From Leucoraja ocellata (Eukaryota), in contig JAWMAR010000105.1 of the NCBI GenBank assembly GCA_036785375.1, positions 2,418,001 through 2,482,000 on the forward strand: 64,000 nucleotides of DNA, given 5' to 3'. The notes beneath the pieces are model-generated. The model was not told where the DNA came from and did not search any database. It worked only from the letters and a program-made list of their open reading frames with translations. Position 1 is the first letter of the stretch, and every line of letters begins with the position of its first letter. Shown one piece after another: positions 13,700 through 27,149 of the stretch. The position numbers were made by a program, and so were the translations under genes.

Positions 13700-14010
13700 G
13701 GGAAGAGCAAGTCAGAGGCTAGTACTTGATCGATGGAACCAGATAAGGCAGAGACTATGATAGATGAAACCAGGTGGGGGAGGGTGATATCTAAGTAACG
13801 ATGGGAGGAAAAGATGAATAAAGGGAGAGAGATCCTGGGTGGATTTGCATCAATGGGAAAGGGACGGGGGTTGCACTGAGTTACCTGAAATTGGAAATTC
13901 AATGTTCATGTTGTCAGACTGTGTAGGTAACTTGAGTGAATTGAGGTACTGTTCTACTGGTTTGTATTTGGCCTCATTGTGGCAGTGAGCAAGACTGAGG
14001 ATGGACAGAT
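13700..14010 (-). mobile_element. Degenerate PLE 3' region
   Basis: gttacctgaaattggaaattcaatgttcat (reverse of the MNIEFxNFR end) with a purine-rich 3'UTR-like flank, as at 2340-2400. Confidence 0.6.
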
Positions 14011-14024
14011 AAGAGAAGAGCTAA

Positions 14025-14155
14025 AGGGATCAGGGGGTATGGAGAGAAGGCAGGTACAGGATACTGAGTTGGATGATCAGCCATGATCATATTGAATGGC
14101 GGTGCAGGCTCGAAGGGCCGAATGGCCTACTCCTGCACCTATTTTCTATGTTTCT
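14025..14155 (+). mobile_element. Short young CR1 3' end with TSD
   Basis: Near-identical to 6975-7106; TSD aagagctaa at 14016-14024 and 14156-14164. Confidence 0.9.
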
Positions 14156-15879
14156 AAGAGCTAATGCTGACATTGTTAATGTAGGTGATGGAACATAGAG
14201 ACCATTCTTAAGTATGAAGTAAGCAATCTATCATCACTTTGAAATTTGATTTTATTCATTAAAATAAAGGCAGTCACTGTCAGACTGAGGGTAATTTGAT
14301 TTTTTTATGATAAAATTGGTGCAGCTTTTTTAGATAATGGGGAATTGGAAGGTTAGGGTTTTAAACCGCAATCTGGGTCTTCAAATGGGTCATGAGCAAG
14401 ATAAAGCTGGCAATGTTATGGACTAGATCCCATACAATGCTCTCTACAGTGCCCCGAATCATCCTTCCTCCAATGTTCCCTGCCACTTGCCTGGACCAGA
14501 TGCCAAGTCTGATCTAGCTGATTATCTGAAGTAATTAAACTTTAAAACAGTGCTAATAAATGATGGCGCAAGTAAATAATTGAGAGGACTTGGCTTCATC
14601 GTTACGTGCTAATCGGAGGACCTAGAATCTCCACTTGATATCAATGGATCTTGATTGTGCATTGTGTACCAACTGTGACCTGACGTGGGTCGGAGAGGCT
14701 TTTTTTTCCCTCTGGGAAATTCAAGCACGATAGTCTAGATTCCAGATGTCTGAGCAAAGTGGAAAAATCTCTCTCCTTCCATTTATTAGCAAGTCCTGCA
14801 CCTGTAACCCATGTAGTTATCCAGAACTTAGTTCCATTCAAATGGCCGAACCTTGACCACAGCCATCATAATCTAGCCCAGCGGTAAACACTGGAATATG
14901 ATGACCATTCTAACGCGCAGAAAATAATATTCCAATGAAAATTACGTGTGCAAAAAATTCTCGTGGCATACAGCTCAGTACTGGGACGTTTGTATTGCTA
15001 AGTTGTTTATGAAATATTGTATCCATGATTTCCTTGCTTTCATTTATTGATCAGCAATTTCTGCATTTGCAATACATCTAGCTATCCAGGTCTTGAACCA
15101 AGGCTATTACTGATCAATCGATATAGGCAGCATTCACTGTTTCTGCAATCCTGTGTAGTGCAATATGGTGTAGGTTTTAATATTGTTCCTGAATCTTCGC
15201 TGTAACTGGCTGCAAATGGACAGTGAAGATTGCCCCAGGGTGTCTTGAATCCTGACTGTATTAAGTAATGGAATTTGCATAAAACCGTATCGCACCAGTA
15301 ACCAAACATTTGGCACATTTCTTGGCAGCAAAGCATGAAGATGAATGGCCTATTCTGTTTGTCAGATAAATGGTCCCAAGGGCACTGTATTCTACAGGGC
15401 ATTTGCATCCATATGGAATCCAAAAGGAGTTGAGTGCAGAGTCTTGTTACAGCACATGTTATCATATGCATGCCAGTGACCAATTGCATGTTTTTTTTTT
15501 AAAACAAATCCTTTGCATTCACTTGTCATCTTTGCATTCACAGTACAATAATCACCACAATTGCAGTAACTGCACAGTACATTATTCTTGATTCTGTGAT
15601 AAATCGTAAGATTGTTCTTAAATGAAATTGCCTGGGTTGAAATCTTGGTCTTGAAGGTGATCGGCTGCAGAGGCAGTGGGGGTTCAGGTGAGGGGGTGTG
15701 ATTGGCAGATGAGTAGAGTAAATTACAGTCTATGGGTGAAAATGAGAGAAGGGTGTCAGAGAAGCAAGAGGGAGCAATGGTGACATATAAAGCTGGAGGA
15801 AGGGATATGGATGGAAGGGAATCTGAAATCGGGGTGGGTTTTGGATGTAAGATGATGATATATGGGACTCGTTGGTTCT

Positions 15880-15995
15880 CCTCCCTCTTTTCCACCTCTG
15901 CCCCAACTCCATCAGTCTGAAGGGTCCCAACCTGGAACATTTTTTTATTAATTCGCTCCACAGATGCTCTCTGACCAGCCCCCGCCTTCTCGCAC
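15880..15995 (+). mobile_element. Degenerate PLE terminal repeat
   Basis: atcagtctgaagggtcccaacctggaacat...ctccacagatgctctctgacc. Confidence 0.55.
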
Positions 15996-16010
15996 TTTGT
16001 TTTTTGGGTT

Positions 16011-16115
16011 ACATAGAAACGTAGAAAATAGGTGCAGGCGTAGGCCATTCGGCCCTTCGAGTCTGCACCGCCATTCAATATGATCATGGCTGATCATCGA
16101 ACTCAGTATCCTGTA
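16011..16115 (-). mobile_element. CR1 3' end
   Basis: Reverse complement of the CR1 tail at 7010-7106. Confidence 0.9.
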
Positions 16116-16148
16116 ACTGAAACTGTTGAAACTGAACAAGGTGTTAGA

Positions 16149-16235
16149 AGGGTTTCGGCCCGAAACGTTGCCTATTTCCTTCGCTCCATAGATGCTGCTG
16201 CACCCGCTGAGTTTCTCCAGCTTTTTTGTGTACCT
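16149..16235 (+). mobile_element. Young short PLE terminal-repeat insertion, truncated inside the hammerhead
   Basis: agggtttcggcccgaaacgttgcctatttccttcgctccatagatgctgc...tgtgtac; 11-bp TSD aaggtgttaga (16138-16148 / 16236-16246). Confidence 0.88.
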
Positions 16236-17124
16236 AAGGTGTTAGACTTGATGCTTTGTTAACTTCGGCTGGGTGGTTATTATTCATTTTTTTCCCCACA
16301 TTGTTAGTTATGCGAGCTGTGTGACATTTAGATTTTGGATGTTTTAAGCAGCGGTTTATTGTGGTGACTTAATTTGTTGGGAGGGGTTGGCAGGATGATC
16401 ATTTTTCAACACTACAATATACAAATCACCAAGTTTTGAGAACTTGGATAAGAAGTGGGTTGCACATGTGTGAACAATGCAAATCCTACAACCTACTTCT
16501 TATCCAGTTCCCTAAAACCTGATTAAAATCTTCAATTCAGGACCTTATTTATTTGCATTTAAATTGCTTCTCTGCTTCTAGAATAAGCGGAAGTTATTTG
16601 TATATTATTCCAAATGAGAACTGACAAAGACTAGCTCTATAAGCTTTCAATTAAAGTAGTGAACACAACCTGTGCCTTGCAGCCTGTGGTTGTATTAATC
16701 AGATTGGCTTGGGGCCTGTTTTCAATCTTGATGTAGATCTATCATTGCTGTCTGCTGTGGAACAATTCATCCATACTGCCAGTTGTGTAATTTATACATG
16801 TCAAGTTTTTTTTTGTTCCTGGATATCGAATTTGGGGAAGGAGAAGCAGTTTGAGGATGAGGTGACTTTTTTAATCCTGTATTGGAGCTTCTTATCCAAT
16901 TGCTAATTGGATCATGATCCTGTATTTTTGACCGTAAGCCCAGGAATTTAGAAGTCAATATTACTGCTGCCATTGCTGATGTCTACTTGGTTGGGGCTCT
17001 GGGTTGAATTTTTAGTTGCACCATGCATTTTTTCAACTGCTCTGTGGCATAGTATTTGCAGTGCAAAACTGGGACACCTAATCCAGTAGTAAGTGTTTCA
17101 CCTTAACACTTGATGTTGAAGTCA

Positions 17125-17525
17125 TGGAATAATAATAGTATGGAAGTAAGCACTTTGGCCCAACCCGTACATGCTGACTAAGATGTCTATTTGAATGAGT
17201 CCCATCTGCCTGATTTGGCCCATGTCCCTCCATCTTTCCTATCCTTATGACTAAATATCGATGAAACACTATTTTTACCCACCTCTGGCAGCTTCCTCTG
17301 GCAGTTCGTTCCATGTACCCACCAGCCTCTGTATGTAAATGTTGCCTCTAGAGTCCCTTTTAAATGTCTCTCCTCTAACCTTAAACTTATACCCTCCAGT
17401 TTAGACTCCCCTATCCCAGAAAAAGGATTGTAGCCATCAATCGCCTCTGCCCTTCATGATTTAATGTACCTCTATAAGGTCAGTCCTCAACCTCGTGCGT
17501 TCTTGGGAAACAAAGTCCCAGCTTC
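17125..17525 (-). mobile_element. Old CR1 3' fragment
   Basis: Degenerate reverse CR1 motifs (ggcccaacccgtacatgctgac, ctctggcagttcgttcca, ccttaaacttataccctccagttttagac). Confidence 0.65.
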
Positions 17526-17885
17526 TCCTGCAGAGATTAATTCCTGCTACAAATTAACAATGCAGGTAAACACTGGTTCTGTTTTATTGCTTTTTTTTCG
17601 CCCCATTAAAGTAATTGGATTTTGAAGAAAAAAGAAAGCATTAAATGCTTATTGGTCTGTCCAGATTTTGTAATTTATAGCAGAAATGGGACTTGCATTC
17701 ATGATTATTGCTGCACACAACTGCACAGTCTAGCAGCACTGCTCGACAGGGCATTTTGGCTCTCGGTACAGCAAGTAACATTCAGTCATTCAGACTGAAT
17801 TCTCATTGAAACAGCATGAAAATAATATTTACTTTAAAACATAGTGTTACAGAAGGGGGAAAGAAGATAGGATTAAGTATTTAAA

Positions 17886-17943
17886 ATCTGCATTATTTGA
17901 AGAACAAATATTGATCTGCATTATTTGAAGAACAAATATTGAT
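17886..17943 (+). repeat. Perfect 28-bp tandem duplication
   Basis: atctgcattatttgaagaacaaatattg x2. Confidence 0.95.
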
Positions 17944-18714
17944 TTTTTTTTCCTCTCTTCCTGAAAATGGACCTTTGCTAGAATCCAATGGCATAAATAC
18001 CAGCAGCATTCCTTTACGTATCGTGTTGGCATGCTCTGATTCCTGCTTGAAAGAACTCTGTTTTGCCCTCTGCTACTGACAATTTCTTTACTTTAAGATC
18101 ACAATCAACTACCAGGAGTGTAGAGCAGAATTCTTACTCGAGACATTAAGCACAATGTCCTTGTATCGGAGACGGGATGCATGTGTGGTCACCTCGCGTG
18201 AATGGATCATGGCCCGTTGTTTTTTTTTCACTGTTATAGCTAAAAGTGACCACTTCAGTGTGCAGAATTTATTTAACCATTGCTTCCGGTATATTTCTAT
18301 TTTTTTTGACTATTTATTTTATTAGAAGCAATTGTACAAGGAGAAAGTAATCAACATAATTATACAATTTTCATACAGCTTCAATTTTAACATTTTATAA
18401 ACTAATAACTAAATCGGAAAGAAGGGAATGGAAGAAGAAAAGGAAAAGAAAGAATTTTGAAAAAGAAACAAAAGAGAAAAAAGAAACTCCTGAACTAACG
18501 AAGAAGTGAAAAAAGCGGAGATGTATCCCGCTACCCTTCCCTATGCCCGCTCACCTGACCCTATCCCATCCCATCTTAACATTTTGCTGTTTGTTTTGAA
18601 TGGGATCCTATTTCCATTGTGGACAAATCAACAGCTGATTGCTACAGGTATCAGGACCTGAAGTGTTTTGTGCCAGTTATCTGGTCCACATTTTCCATGA
18701 GCCCTTCCATTAAG

Positions 18715-19010
18715 TCGCACAGCACGGAGGTAGGCCTTTCAGACCACCTTGCCCAATAGTGACAAAGTTGGCATTCTAGGTGGTCATTTTTGCCCCTGTG
18801 GTCCTTAAACCTCTCCTTCTCAACTTAAACCAATGTTCCCTAGTTTTAGAATCCTCTATCCTGGGAGTAAGACTGGGTGTTTATCCATGCTTCTCATGAT
18901 CTAGTACACCCCAATAAGGTCACACTTCAGCCTCCTGCACTCTTCTTTAAAGGAAGTCCCAGGCTATCTAATCTCGCCCTATAACTCAAGCCAGCAAGTC
19001 CAGGTAATGT
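18715..19010 (-). mobile_element. Old CR1 3' fragment
   Basis: cacagcacggaggtaggcctttcagacc... and ctataactcaagcc...caggtaatg, reverse CR1-like. Confidence 0.6.
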
Positions 19011-20194
19011 TCCAAAATGTATTTATTCCCCCCCCCGCCCCTTCAAACACAAATCTGATTTATTTGTGATTTTGAATATTTCAATTATGCACAGCAAATT
19101 GTCTTTCAATATAGCTCTTCCTACAAAACCAATACATGGTTTTACCGAGGTGTCTGTTTTCTATTCTGGAATAACTTGAGAATCCGCTTTTTTTTTTTTT
19201 TTGATAATTGCTACTTTTAATCTCCTGTTTTCTACTGTATCAGATAACCTCTGTGTAGCATTGGTTTGGTTTTTGGTGCAATAAGAAAAATAATGATAAT
19301 TTAAGGATCCTAATATGATCTGGAATCGTGATCATCATGAGGCAGTAGTCACAAAAAAGGTCTTAGCAATGCAAGTTTATCAGGGATTGAAATTTTCCAG
19401 CATCTTGGCTGATTTGTTCACTACAGGTCACATTTGTAATGAAGCTCGGAGCAACTTTTAGAATGAGAATTGGGTTAAATGGATTGTGGACAATCTGAGG
19501 AAAGGCGGGCAGATAATGACTTTATCCATCATGTGTTACATTCAGTTACTTGTGGCTATTCAGGAGTTTTTAATTTGCAATACACATTCATGTATGTAGT
19601 TTCCTATTACATTTCTCAATTCTGGCCTGTATTACTATAACATAAATGTAAAGATAATGAAGTAAATGGGTTTGTCCATTTTGCTGTATCTAAGCCATCA
19701 TTTTATATACTACAAGCCTACTCATTCCAAGGAAGATTACTCCAACTTATTCAATGTTTTTTCATAATTATAATTTCCCACTCCAGTCAATATATATTCT
19801 CTCTGTCACCCTCATTGCAGTCATATCATTCCTCTAGTTGGGTGACTAAATATTATTCTGGCCCAACCCCCTCCCCTCTTTTTTTTTTAGTCGAGTGCAG
19901 AGTATAAGAACATCTCTTTATACCTCAACCAATGTTCTTGTTGACCTGTACTACCTGAAGCATTTGTGGTCCTGGATCTCTGTCTTCACACCATTCAGTG
20001 TCTTACATATTCCTTTCCTTTGTGCACAGTCTCATTTTGTCATGTCCAACTGACCGGACCCCTTTTACATGTTATGCAATCTAAAACGTTGCTTCACCTA
20101 CCATGTAGTCGATTTTTTTATATCCTCTACAAACTCAAACTCGGGTGGAGCCTCCAGTTTATATGATGCCCATCACCCATCAGATTCAGATTCA

Positions 20195-20243
20195 ATTTTA
20201 ATTGTCATTGTCAGTGTACAGTACAGAGACAACGAAATGCATT
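20195..20243 (-). mobile_element. Very short LINE 3' tail insertion
   Basis: (tcagat)n tail followed by tttaattgtcattgtcagtgtacagtacagagacaacgaaatgc. Confidence 0.45.
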
Positions 20244-20334
20244 CACCGAAATGCATGATTCTGTGCTTCCTTCCAGTGTGCTAACTTTTAATCTACTTTG
20301 CTGCCCTGCCTTTGATCATGTGAATTTTTTGTAA

Positions 20335-20510
20335 AAGTGCCATGTGGCATTGTGTCAAAGCCTTGCTGAAATTCAATGTTGTCTACATCAAATATACTGG
20401 CCTTGTACACCCACTTTGCTTTCACCTTTTAAAAGAAAATCGATCAAGTTTGACATGACCATCTTTTAACCCATCCATGCTTGGAGTTGCCAATTAATCT
20501 GTACCTTTCC
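20335..20510 (-). mobile_element. Degenerate CR1 reverse-transcriptase fragment
   Basis: Reverse strand of 20341-20389 reads gatgtagacaacattgaatttcagcaaggctttgacacaatgccacatg, a decayed D-V-x-x-x-D-F-S-K-A-F-D-x-V-P-H motif. Confidence 0.6.
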
Positions 20511-21844
20511 AAATGAAAACCCATCAAGTGTCCCTTGGAATTTTAGTAATGGTTCAAAGATTATCAGCCACTTGGTCAGAACTGATCAGACATTTTACAG
20601 GCATTAGGATTAGTTGTCGATTAAATTCATTTCACAACCAATGCAGTAGTTTTATTAACAATTCTTGTCTAATATCCAATCTTTCAAAGCATGAGCCGCA
20701 CCAGGAAAAATAAGGACCGTGAATATATTGAATGGTTTAAAAACCCAAATGACCCCCATTAATCCGCTTCAGAAAAATCTCTTGAATACCATATATTGCC
20801 TCCGCGGGCCTCAATTCCATGCTGTTATTGCCGCTTGATGTCCTCTTAGATGTTTGAGGATAAACCTGGTAACACATTCCGAGACTTTTCTTTCTTCTGG
20901 TTTTTAATAAAAGATTGTTCTGTCTTCGACTTTCCCTCCTTGGGTTTCATTTTTTGTGTTTGAGTTTTAATCTCCCCACCCACCCTACTAGTTTTCCTCA
21001 GGATATTAACAGCGTGTATTTCTTTTTGCTGTAGATCTATTCTCTCCTTCCCATATCATCAATTCCCAGCTTTTAATGAATATCTTTATTAACTTTCTGC
21101 CCCTCGGTCTTGTACATTTGAGAATGAGTAAACCTGCTTTGGTAACTAGTGCAAATAAATTCCATGCCTATCTTTTTCATATAGGAATGTGCTTTATGGA
21201 AATTGTTCATTCTAGGACATTAAGTCAAGCTTTGTTGTTCTCTCTTAAAGAAATACTCACCTTAAGTGTCAGAACAGGGTAAATATTTCATTTTTGGAGA
21301 AAGATAAGCAGCTGTTTAATTTGGTAGACTTGTCGAATCAGTCTAGGACTCAAAATAACATGAGGAAATGTTTGTAGAGCAATAATGTACGTGCAATTTC
21401 ACGTATCCAGAGCTTTCACGTGTAAATATATCTTGATGAGTCATTGTTTGGATTAGAACGTAATAAAATGGATTAATTTTTAAACTCTGTTCTTATTTTA
21501 GAACATCTATTGAACAAAGCAGAAATAACAAATCTGCTTTGGAGGCTTGACTTGCCTCAGAACCAAGAACAATGTTTAAGGTTGGGTAACCAGTCACTGT
21601 ACAGTCATTGTCACATACTGCTGATTTAAGAAATGTGTTTAATCATGCCTTGGAGGTATAGGGTTTGGGTTCCATTCCACGGATGTTGCTATATTATCCA
21701 CGCCAGGGTTTTGAATTGCATTTATTCAGTGGGCCTATTTGTGCTTATGGCTTGTCGTGTGAGTGTTTGGCAAGTGTTATCTGAATATACTGCTAGAAAC
21801 AGCATGTATTTTTGTTTCTTTTGGCCAAGCGTGCAGAGTGCAAG

Positions 21845-22150
21845 GTGATGCTGCTGGTGCAGCTGTGCTACACCCCCCAGTAAACTGGATTTGATCCGGA
21901 CAACTGGTGTCTACACATCTCCTTGTGATCATGCGCATGTCTCCTGGGTACTTGGTTCCCTCCTGTTTTCCAGAGAGTTGTTGGTGGGTTATTTGAGTAC
22001 TGCAGATTCCCCCTCGTTGTAGATGGTTCTTGAGAGGATTTGTATAACCGGTACTTCTGAAAGAGCAGGTGTCGGGTGATAAGTGGAATGTGAATGATTA
22101 GGAGAACCAGCATAGTCTTGATGGGCTGAATGGCCGCCTCCGCTGTCATA
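21845..22150 (+). mobile_element. Old V-SINE-like SINE
   Basis: Decayed tRNA-like head, ttctcc...gtgatc core and gatgggctgaatggcc CR1-type tail. Confidence 0.5.
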
Positions 22151-23435
22151 AAATGTGAGATGTAGAAGCGTGAGTAGAATAGACCAAGCTTCTTTATCCA
22201 ACCCCTTTGTTGTTCTTGGGCACACCTGCAATTAGTTTTGTTTAGTTTAAATCTGCAATAAATGTTTCTGTACCCATTCTAAGAGCATCTGCCCAGTGTG
22301 GGGAATAATCCAATTCTATAAAAGCCTCTAAGATTCTCCACACTTCTCACTTGCTTCTCACTTGCCACAACTGTCACATTTACAATTGATCCCCTGCAGA
22401 TATGGTGCTGTGAAACACTTTGAGGAGTCCACAAATATGACAGATGGAGTAAATCTGCGTGGATTGTAACCTAAGGTGCCTCCTGCAGCATGAGATAGTT
22501 CTGACTGGAAGACAACCTGATCGGTTGTTTGCAGCTTGCTTTAAAATTTACTTTCTGGGTGAGTTGCAACGTCGTAATTGTAGAAACAAGGAACTGAAAA
22601 TGCAGGAAAATGGCACAAAGTGCCTGACTAACCATTGATTGTGGTCGTTATCTATGCAAGTGTTTATCTGAATGCTGTGCAGGAACTTTATCATAGCTGT
22701 GGAAGCATTCAGTCGAGCTAAATGCCTGCTCTTGCTGGAATAGTGAAGGGTTGACTTTTTTTTTTTTTTTTACTGAAGTTTGGGCCAACAGCACATACCT
22801 GGGAAAATTCTGATTCTATACGAAATATCTGAAGAATGTTGTAAGCAGTTAAAACATAAAACAGCATTGGCCCAAATGATTTTTTTTCTTTAGAATTTTG
22901 GTATTTATGAAACAATGTTTTTGTTAGCCTTTCGGAGGGTGGTTACAGATTAGTCCCCGAAACCACAAAACGTTAATCAATTTTTAATCTCGTTTGGATT
23001 AAACTTTTATTAGTGTGGTCAGTTTCCTTGGTAATCTAAGTTTCTGGTTACCTTATCTGTTTTCTTGTCCTGTTTGTTTTCTTATCAAATGTATTTTCAG
23101 GTGGTGGCCTTTTGCATTTCTTGTCCTCCATCCCGTGGGAAATATTTTACTTTGTTTGTATTTGGGCCTAGCCAAGATCACAGCAGCACACGTACAAGTG
23201 ATCACTTATTGGAACTGTCTCTAGTTTGTTTGCACACAATAATTTCCATTACTATTGGAGACAAATTACTGAAATATTCATGCTGTTGAAATATTTGCAC
23301 GTCTATCATGTCATGCAATTATACATGCTTGCTTCCTTGTCAGCACTTAAAAATTCTAAGAATTTAATTTAAATGAATTTGCTTTCAGTTTAGTAGATAG
23401 ATAATTCTGGGGAAATGAAAAGGGAGTTGTATCTT

Positions 23436-23711
23436 TCAGTTTAGGTTATAGATACAGGGCGGAAACAGGCCCTAGGGCCCACCGGGTCCGCACCGACCAG
23501 CGATCCCTGCATATTAACACTATCCTACACCCACACATTTACCAAGCCAATTAACCTACATACCTGTACGTCTTTGGAATGTGGAAGGAAACCGAAGATC
23601 TCGGAGAAAACCCACACGGGTCATGTGGAGAACGTACAAACTTTGTGCAGACAGCACTCGTAGTCGGGATCGAACCCGGGTTGGGCAGCAACTCTACCGC
23701 TGCGCCACCGT
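23436..23711 (-). mobile_element. tRNA-derived V-SINE (HE1-like)
   Basis: Reverse strand: A box (cggtggcgcagcggtagag), B box (gggttcgatccc), core gtacgttctcc...ggttttctccgagatcttcggtttcc...gtaggttaattggc, CR1-type tail gggcctgtttccgccctgtatct. Confidence 0.88.
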
Positions 23712-23729
23712 TACAAAGCATTGCCATAG

Positions 23730-23953
23730 TCAACTTTTTCAGAGGGTGGAGGATATATGGGACGAGCTGCCAGAGGAGGTAGTTGAGGCAGGTCCTATCA
23801 CACATTTAGATGGCTCGATTGAAAGGCAAGGTTTAGAGGGATATGGGATAAATGTGGGCAGGTGGGACTGGTAGATGGGGCACCTTGGGTGGCATGAGTA
23901 GGTTGGGCCGAAGGGCCTGTTTGTGCTTTATGATTCACTATATGACTCTATGA
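23730..23953 (+). mobile_element. CR1 3' fragment (older subfamily)
   Basis: FQRVEDIWDELPEEVVEAG...GLEGYG and gggccgaagggcctgttt...tatgactctatga tail. Confidence 0.75.
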
Positions 23954-25877
23954 GGTCGTCAATGTGTGGAAAAAGTTTTAAACTTAAATTTATTAAACAG
24001 GGTAAAAGCCTTTTGCCACTCGTCAAAGAATGAAAGGGCTTTGGATTTCTTCAACTGACCTTTTGCCACTTCCTAATACTTAATTCCATTTATTCCATTG
24101 AAATTGTTGCCTCGTACAAAGCTGTGGTCAAAGATCATGAAGGAGTTGAGAATGTCATGTTAATTTGTTAAAGACCATAGAGCAAAATGTACTGGCAACA
24201 GGGCCATATGGAAGACTGCTATCAAATTTGCATGAATTGGGTGATGTAAGGAGACCTTGGTCTTGGTGACAGCAAAGTAAATGTACAGTTTAACAAATGT
24301 GTCTTGGCTTGTTTTGACTTAAATAGCGTTCACCTTTAACACTGACAGTGGATGGGGCAACCAAGCTGCAAGGATGAGGGAGCTAAGTTTAAAGAATCAA
24401 TCTATGGCCCAGATCATGCTTGTATACCATTCTTCTGATAGCTGACAATATTGGGCAGGTCATTGTAACCCCAGCTTCCTTGCTGTGTGCTGTCAGAGTT
24501 GCTCCTGCTCCACTTGGCACTTGCTCGATTGTCCCTGGCCCCTCTGCTTTACACCAGCCCAGCAAAATCCCATTCCTTTCATTTGGATCACTGACATGCG
24601 TGGGGAAAAATAATTGGTTTGGTGTTTCATTTAGTAGCACTTAAAATTGACTTGTGTAAACAAAATATTTAACATTTAAATCTTTCCAATGTCCAGTGGC
24701 ACATATTGGAAGTGATTGAAAAGGCCACCTGACAACACAACTTATGGCCATTTGGGTAGGACCTCGTCTGCTGCCTGTGAACTGCTCTGCCTCCTGGGGT
24801 GGCTATGGCAGCAATGTATCCAACTTCATTCCACCTGCAGCCCTGTGGACTACTTAAAATACAGATTTGCGCCGAGCATAATTTGTCTCCAATTATCGGG
24901 AGAGGAAAGATGAATGCCTCAACCTGGTGTGAATCTGTTTGCTGTTAAGAAGAGTGTGTTGGAATGGACAAAATGTGGGAGTGGCATTTCTTGGTACTGA
25001 GGGGTTGTTTTTGCCCAAAATCGCTGAACGGATAAAACCTGGACTGGAGCCGAGGGAAGATATTAATCTCACTGAATAAATACATCAAGTAGCACACTGA
25101 TTTATTTGTACTCTGGGATGGGAAGTACATGCATTCCAAGTATTTGGTTTGTGAAAAGCAAGGTATTGCAGGAATGAATAATTCCAACCAGTCATTCCTC
25201 ATTCTTTACCTGAATGTCTTTGCTTAATGTATCCCTTTCATGTACTACTGGGCAGTGTGCATAATCGGATTGCTCACAACAACTGATTTACTGATAATTG
25301 AATCGGGTGATTCATCGTTGTATTGAATGGAATGTGTAGTCAGATACCACAAGTTGCACATCATTCTGTACGCAGGCACGTTTCACTATGTTACAGCAGT
25401 TGCATTGTTTGCTAGTAGATAGTTAATGTTTACAACAAAGCCATACCCCATTCCCATCTGTAGCAATCACCTCTGACAATGCTGGGAATTATGTCTTAGC
25501 ATAAATTAGAAAGGGTTTCAAAATATTATAGTGCTGAATGGTTCAAGAATCACTCGGAACAGGTACCAGCTTAAAATTGTGTAATAGTTGAGATGAATTT
25601 AATATTTCTGTCTGCCCACACGGTCAAATGTCTAACATATCACTACATGCAGGATTCTGAAAAATCAATCCTCAGTTCCTTCTGATAGGCCTGCTGTGGT
25701 GAATGCTCCTGAGGGTTTTAAAAACTGCAGTACATTTTCAGGATAATTTGATTTTTAGTTTTGGCTTGGAGGAGCCCTTGCCCTTCAATGTTGGCGTAAT
25801 ATTAGTTTGGGATCTACTGGCATGCAGGCATTTAGTTGCTGCAGCACATCAAGTGAATTGTACTCTTGGAACCCAAA

Positions 25878-25973
25878 TCCTCACCTATCCACTTTCTCCA
25901 CAGATACTACCTGTCCCACTGAATTACACCAGTATTTTGTCTATCTGGTATAAACCATCATCTGCAGTTCCTT
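25878..25973 (+). mobile_element. Degenerate PLE terminal repeat
   Basis: tcacctatcc...ctccacagatactacctgtcccactgaattacaccag...aaaccatcatctgcagttcc. Confidence 0.6.
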
Positions 25974-27149
25974 TTTATTACATACGTGAGCAGTACACTA
26001 GGGGAAATGAATGTATCAATATTAGGGTACTAATAGTACTCTAATAGTGGTTAAAAATTGGCCGTTCTGGATGTAGTTGTATGTGGGCCAGTGGGCAAAA
26101 ATCAGTGAACTCCCTTTTCGTGCGAGTGAACATGATGAGCTCTACAAATCTGCTAAATTGCCATCATCTCCATTATTGTCAGCAGATTTTAATTATCTGT
26201 TGCTGCTTTATCCACATTTTTAATTCTCCACTATCTATTTTGATTTTAACTTTGTGTCGGTCTAGATCTATGGGTATAGCTATTCATACGTAACTAATAT
26301 CTGGATGGGACTGCTTAAGCATGTAGGTTATGGGTTAAATACCTGGTAGTTAACCCTTGATCTACATGCGTAAGTGGAACAACCGGCTAAAGGGCCTGAG
26401 GCAGTTAGGGTTGGGATACAATCTTGTTTAGATTCTGTACATGCTGTCTCCACTAGTCAATCGGTATTCTTTACATCACCTTTTACACCAGACTATGTGA
26501 TGGTTGCCTACGCCTAATGTCCTGTGATGTGTCTGCAAGCTGTTGAAGTGCATTGAAATAAGCATCCTGATAACCGGACATGCTATTTAATACATTTGAT
26601 GGAAGTTTAATACACTTTTCATTCTAAACCTGAAACGATTGGTTGGTGTTATCTGAATATTCCTGGAGGAGAGAACAATTGGACGGTTTCTCTAATTGGG
26701 GAAAACTCCCTAAACCTTGCATACACATAAATGAGATTCTTACAGTTATGTATTTTAATTGCTGCAATTTTGCTCAGATCTCTGGTGTGATGAGACTATT
26801 AGCAAAAGCGGGTCTAATATGATCTTAATGGTTTTCTGGCACTTTGGCTACTTGTTTGTTCAGATCTGTCCCAAGAAGAGACCTGACTGAGTTGCTCCAG
26901 CACTTTTTTTTTTACAGTAGAAATAGGATGTCTATTTGAGGTCAAGGTTGCGCATGTGAATGATGTGGTCAGTCCATGTGGTCAACTGAATGACTAAAGC
27001 CACAATATTGTAGATGTTGGCCTGGGAGACGATGCTGCTTGTTGGTCTGCTTATTCTTGGAGAATTCATTGGAGGATGTGAAGGATTTTGCAGCAGCCCA
27101 TTTTGTGATGTTCCGTTACCTTGAGATGCCGGCTGTCAGACGTCCACGT

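Noticed and set aside
15392-16087. 231-aa minus-strand ORF
   Set aside because: Chimeric read-through of a CR1 tail, a PLE repeat and low-complexity sequence; no domain signature.
23640-23711. tRNA gene (also at 37390-37463 and 62140-62211)
   Set aside because: A/B boxes are present but continue into SINE core and CR1-type tail; no complete cloverleaf.
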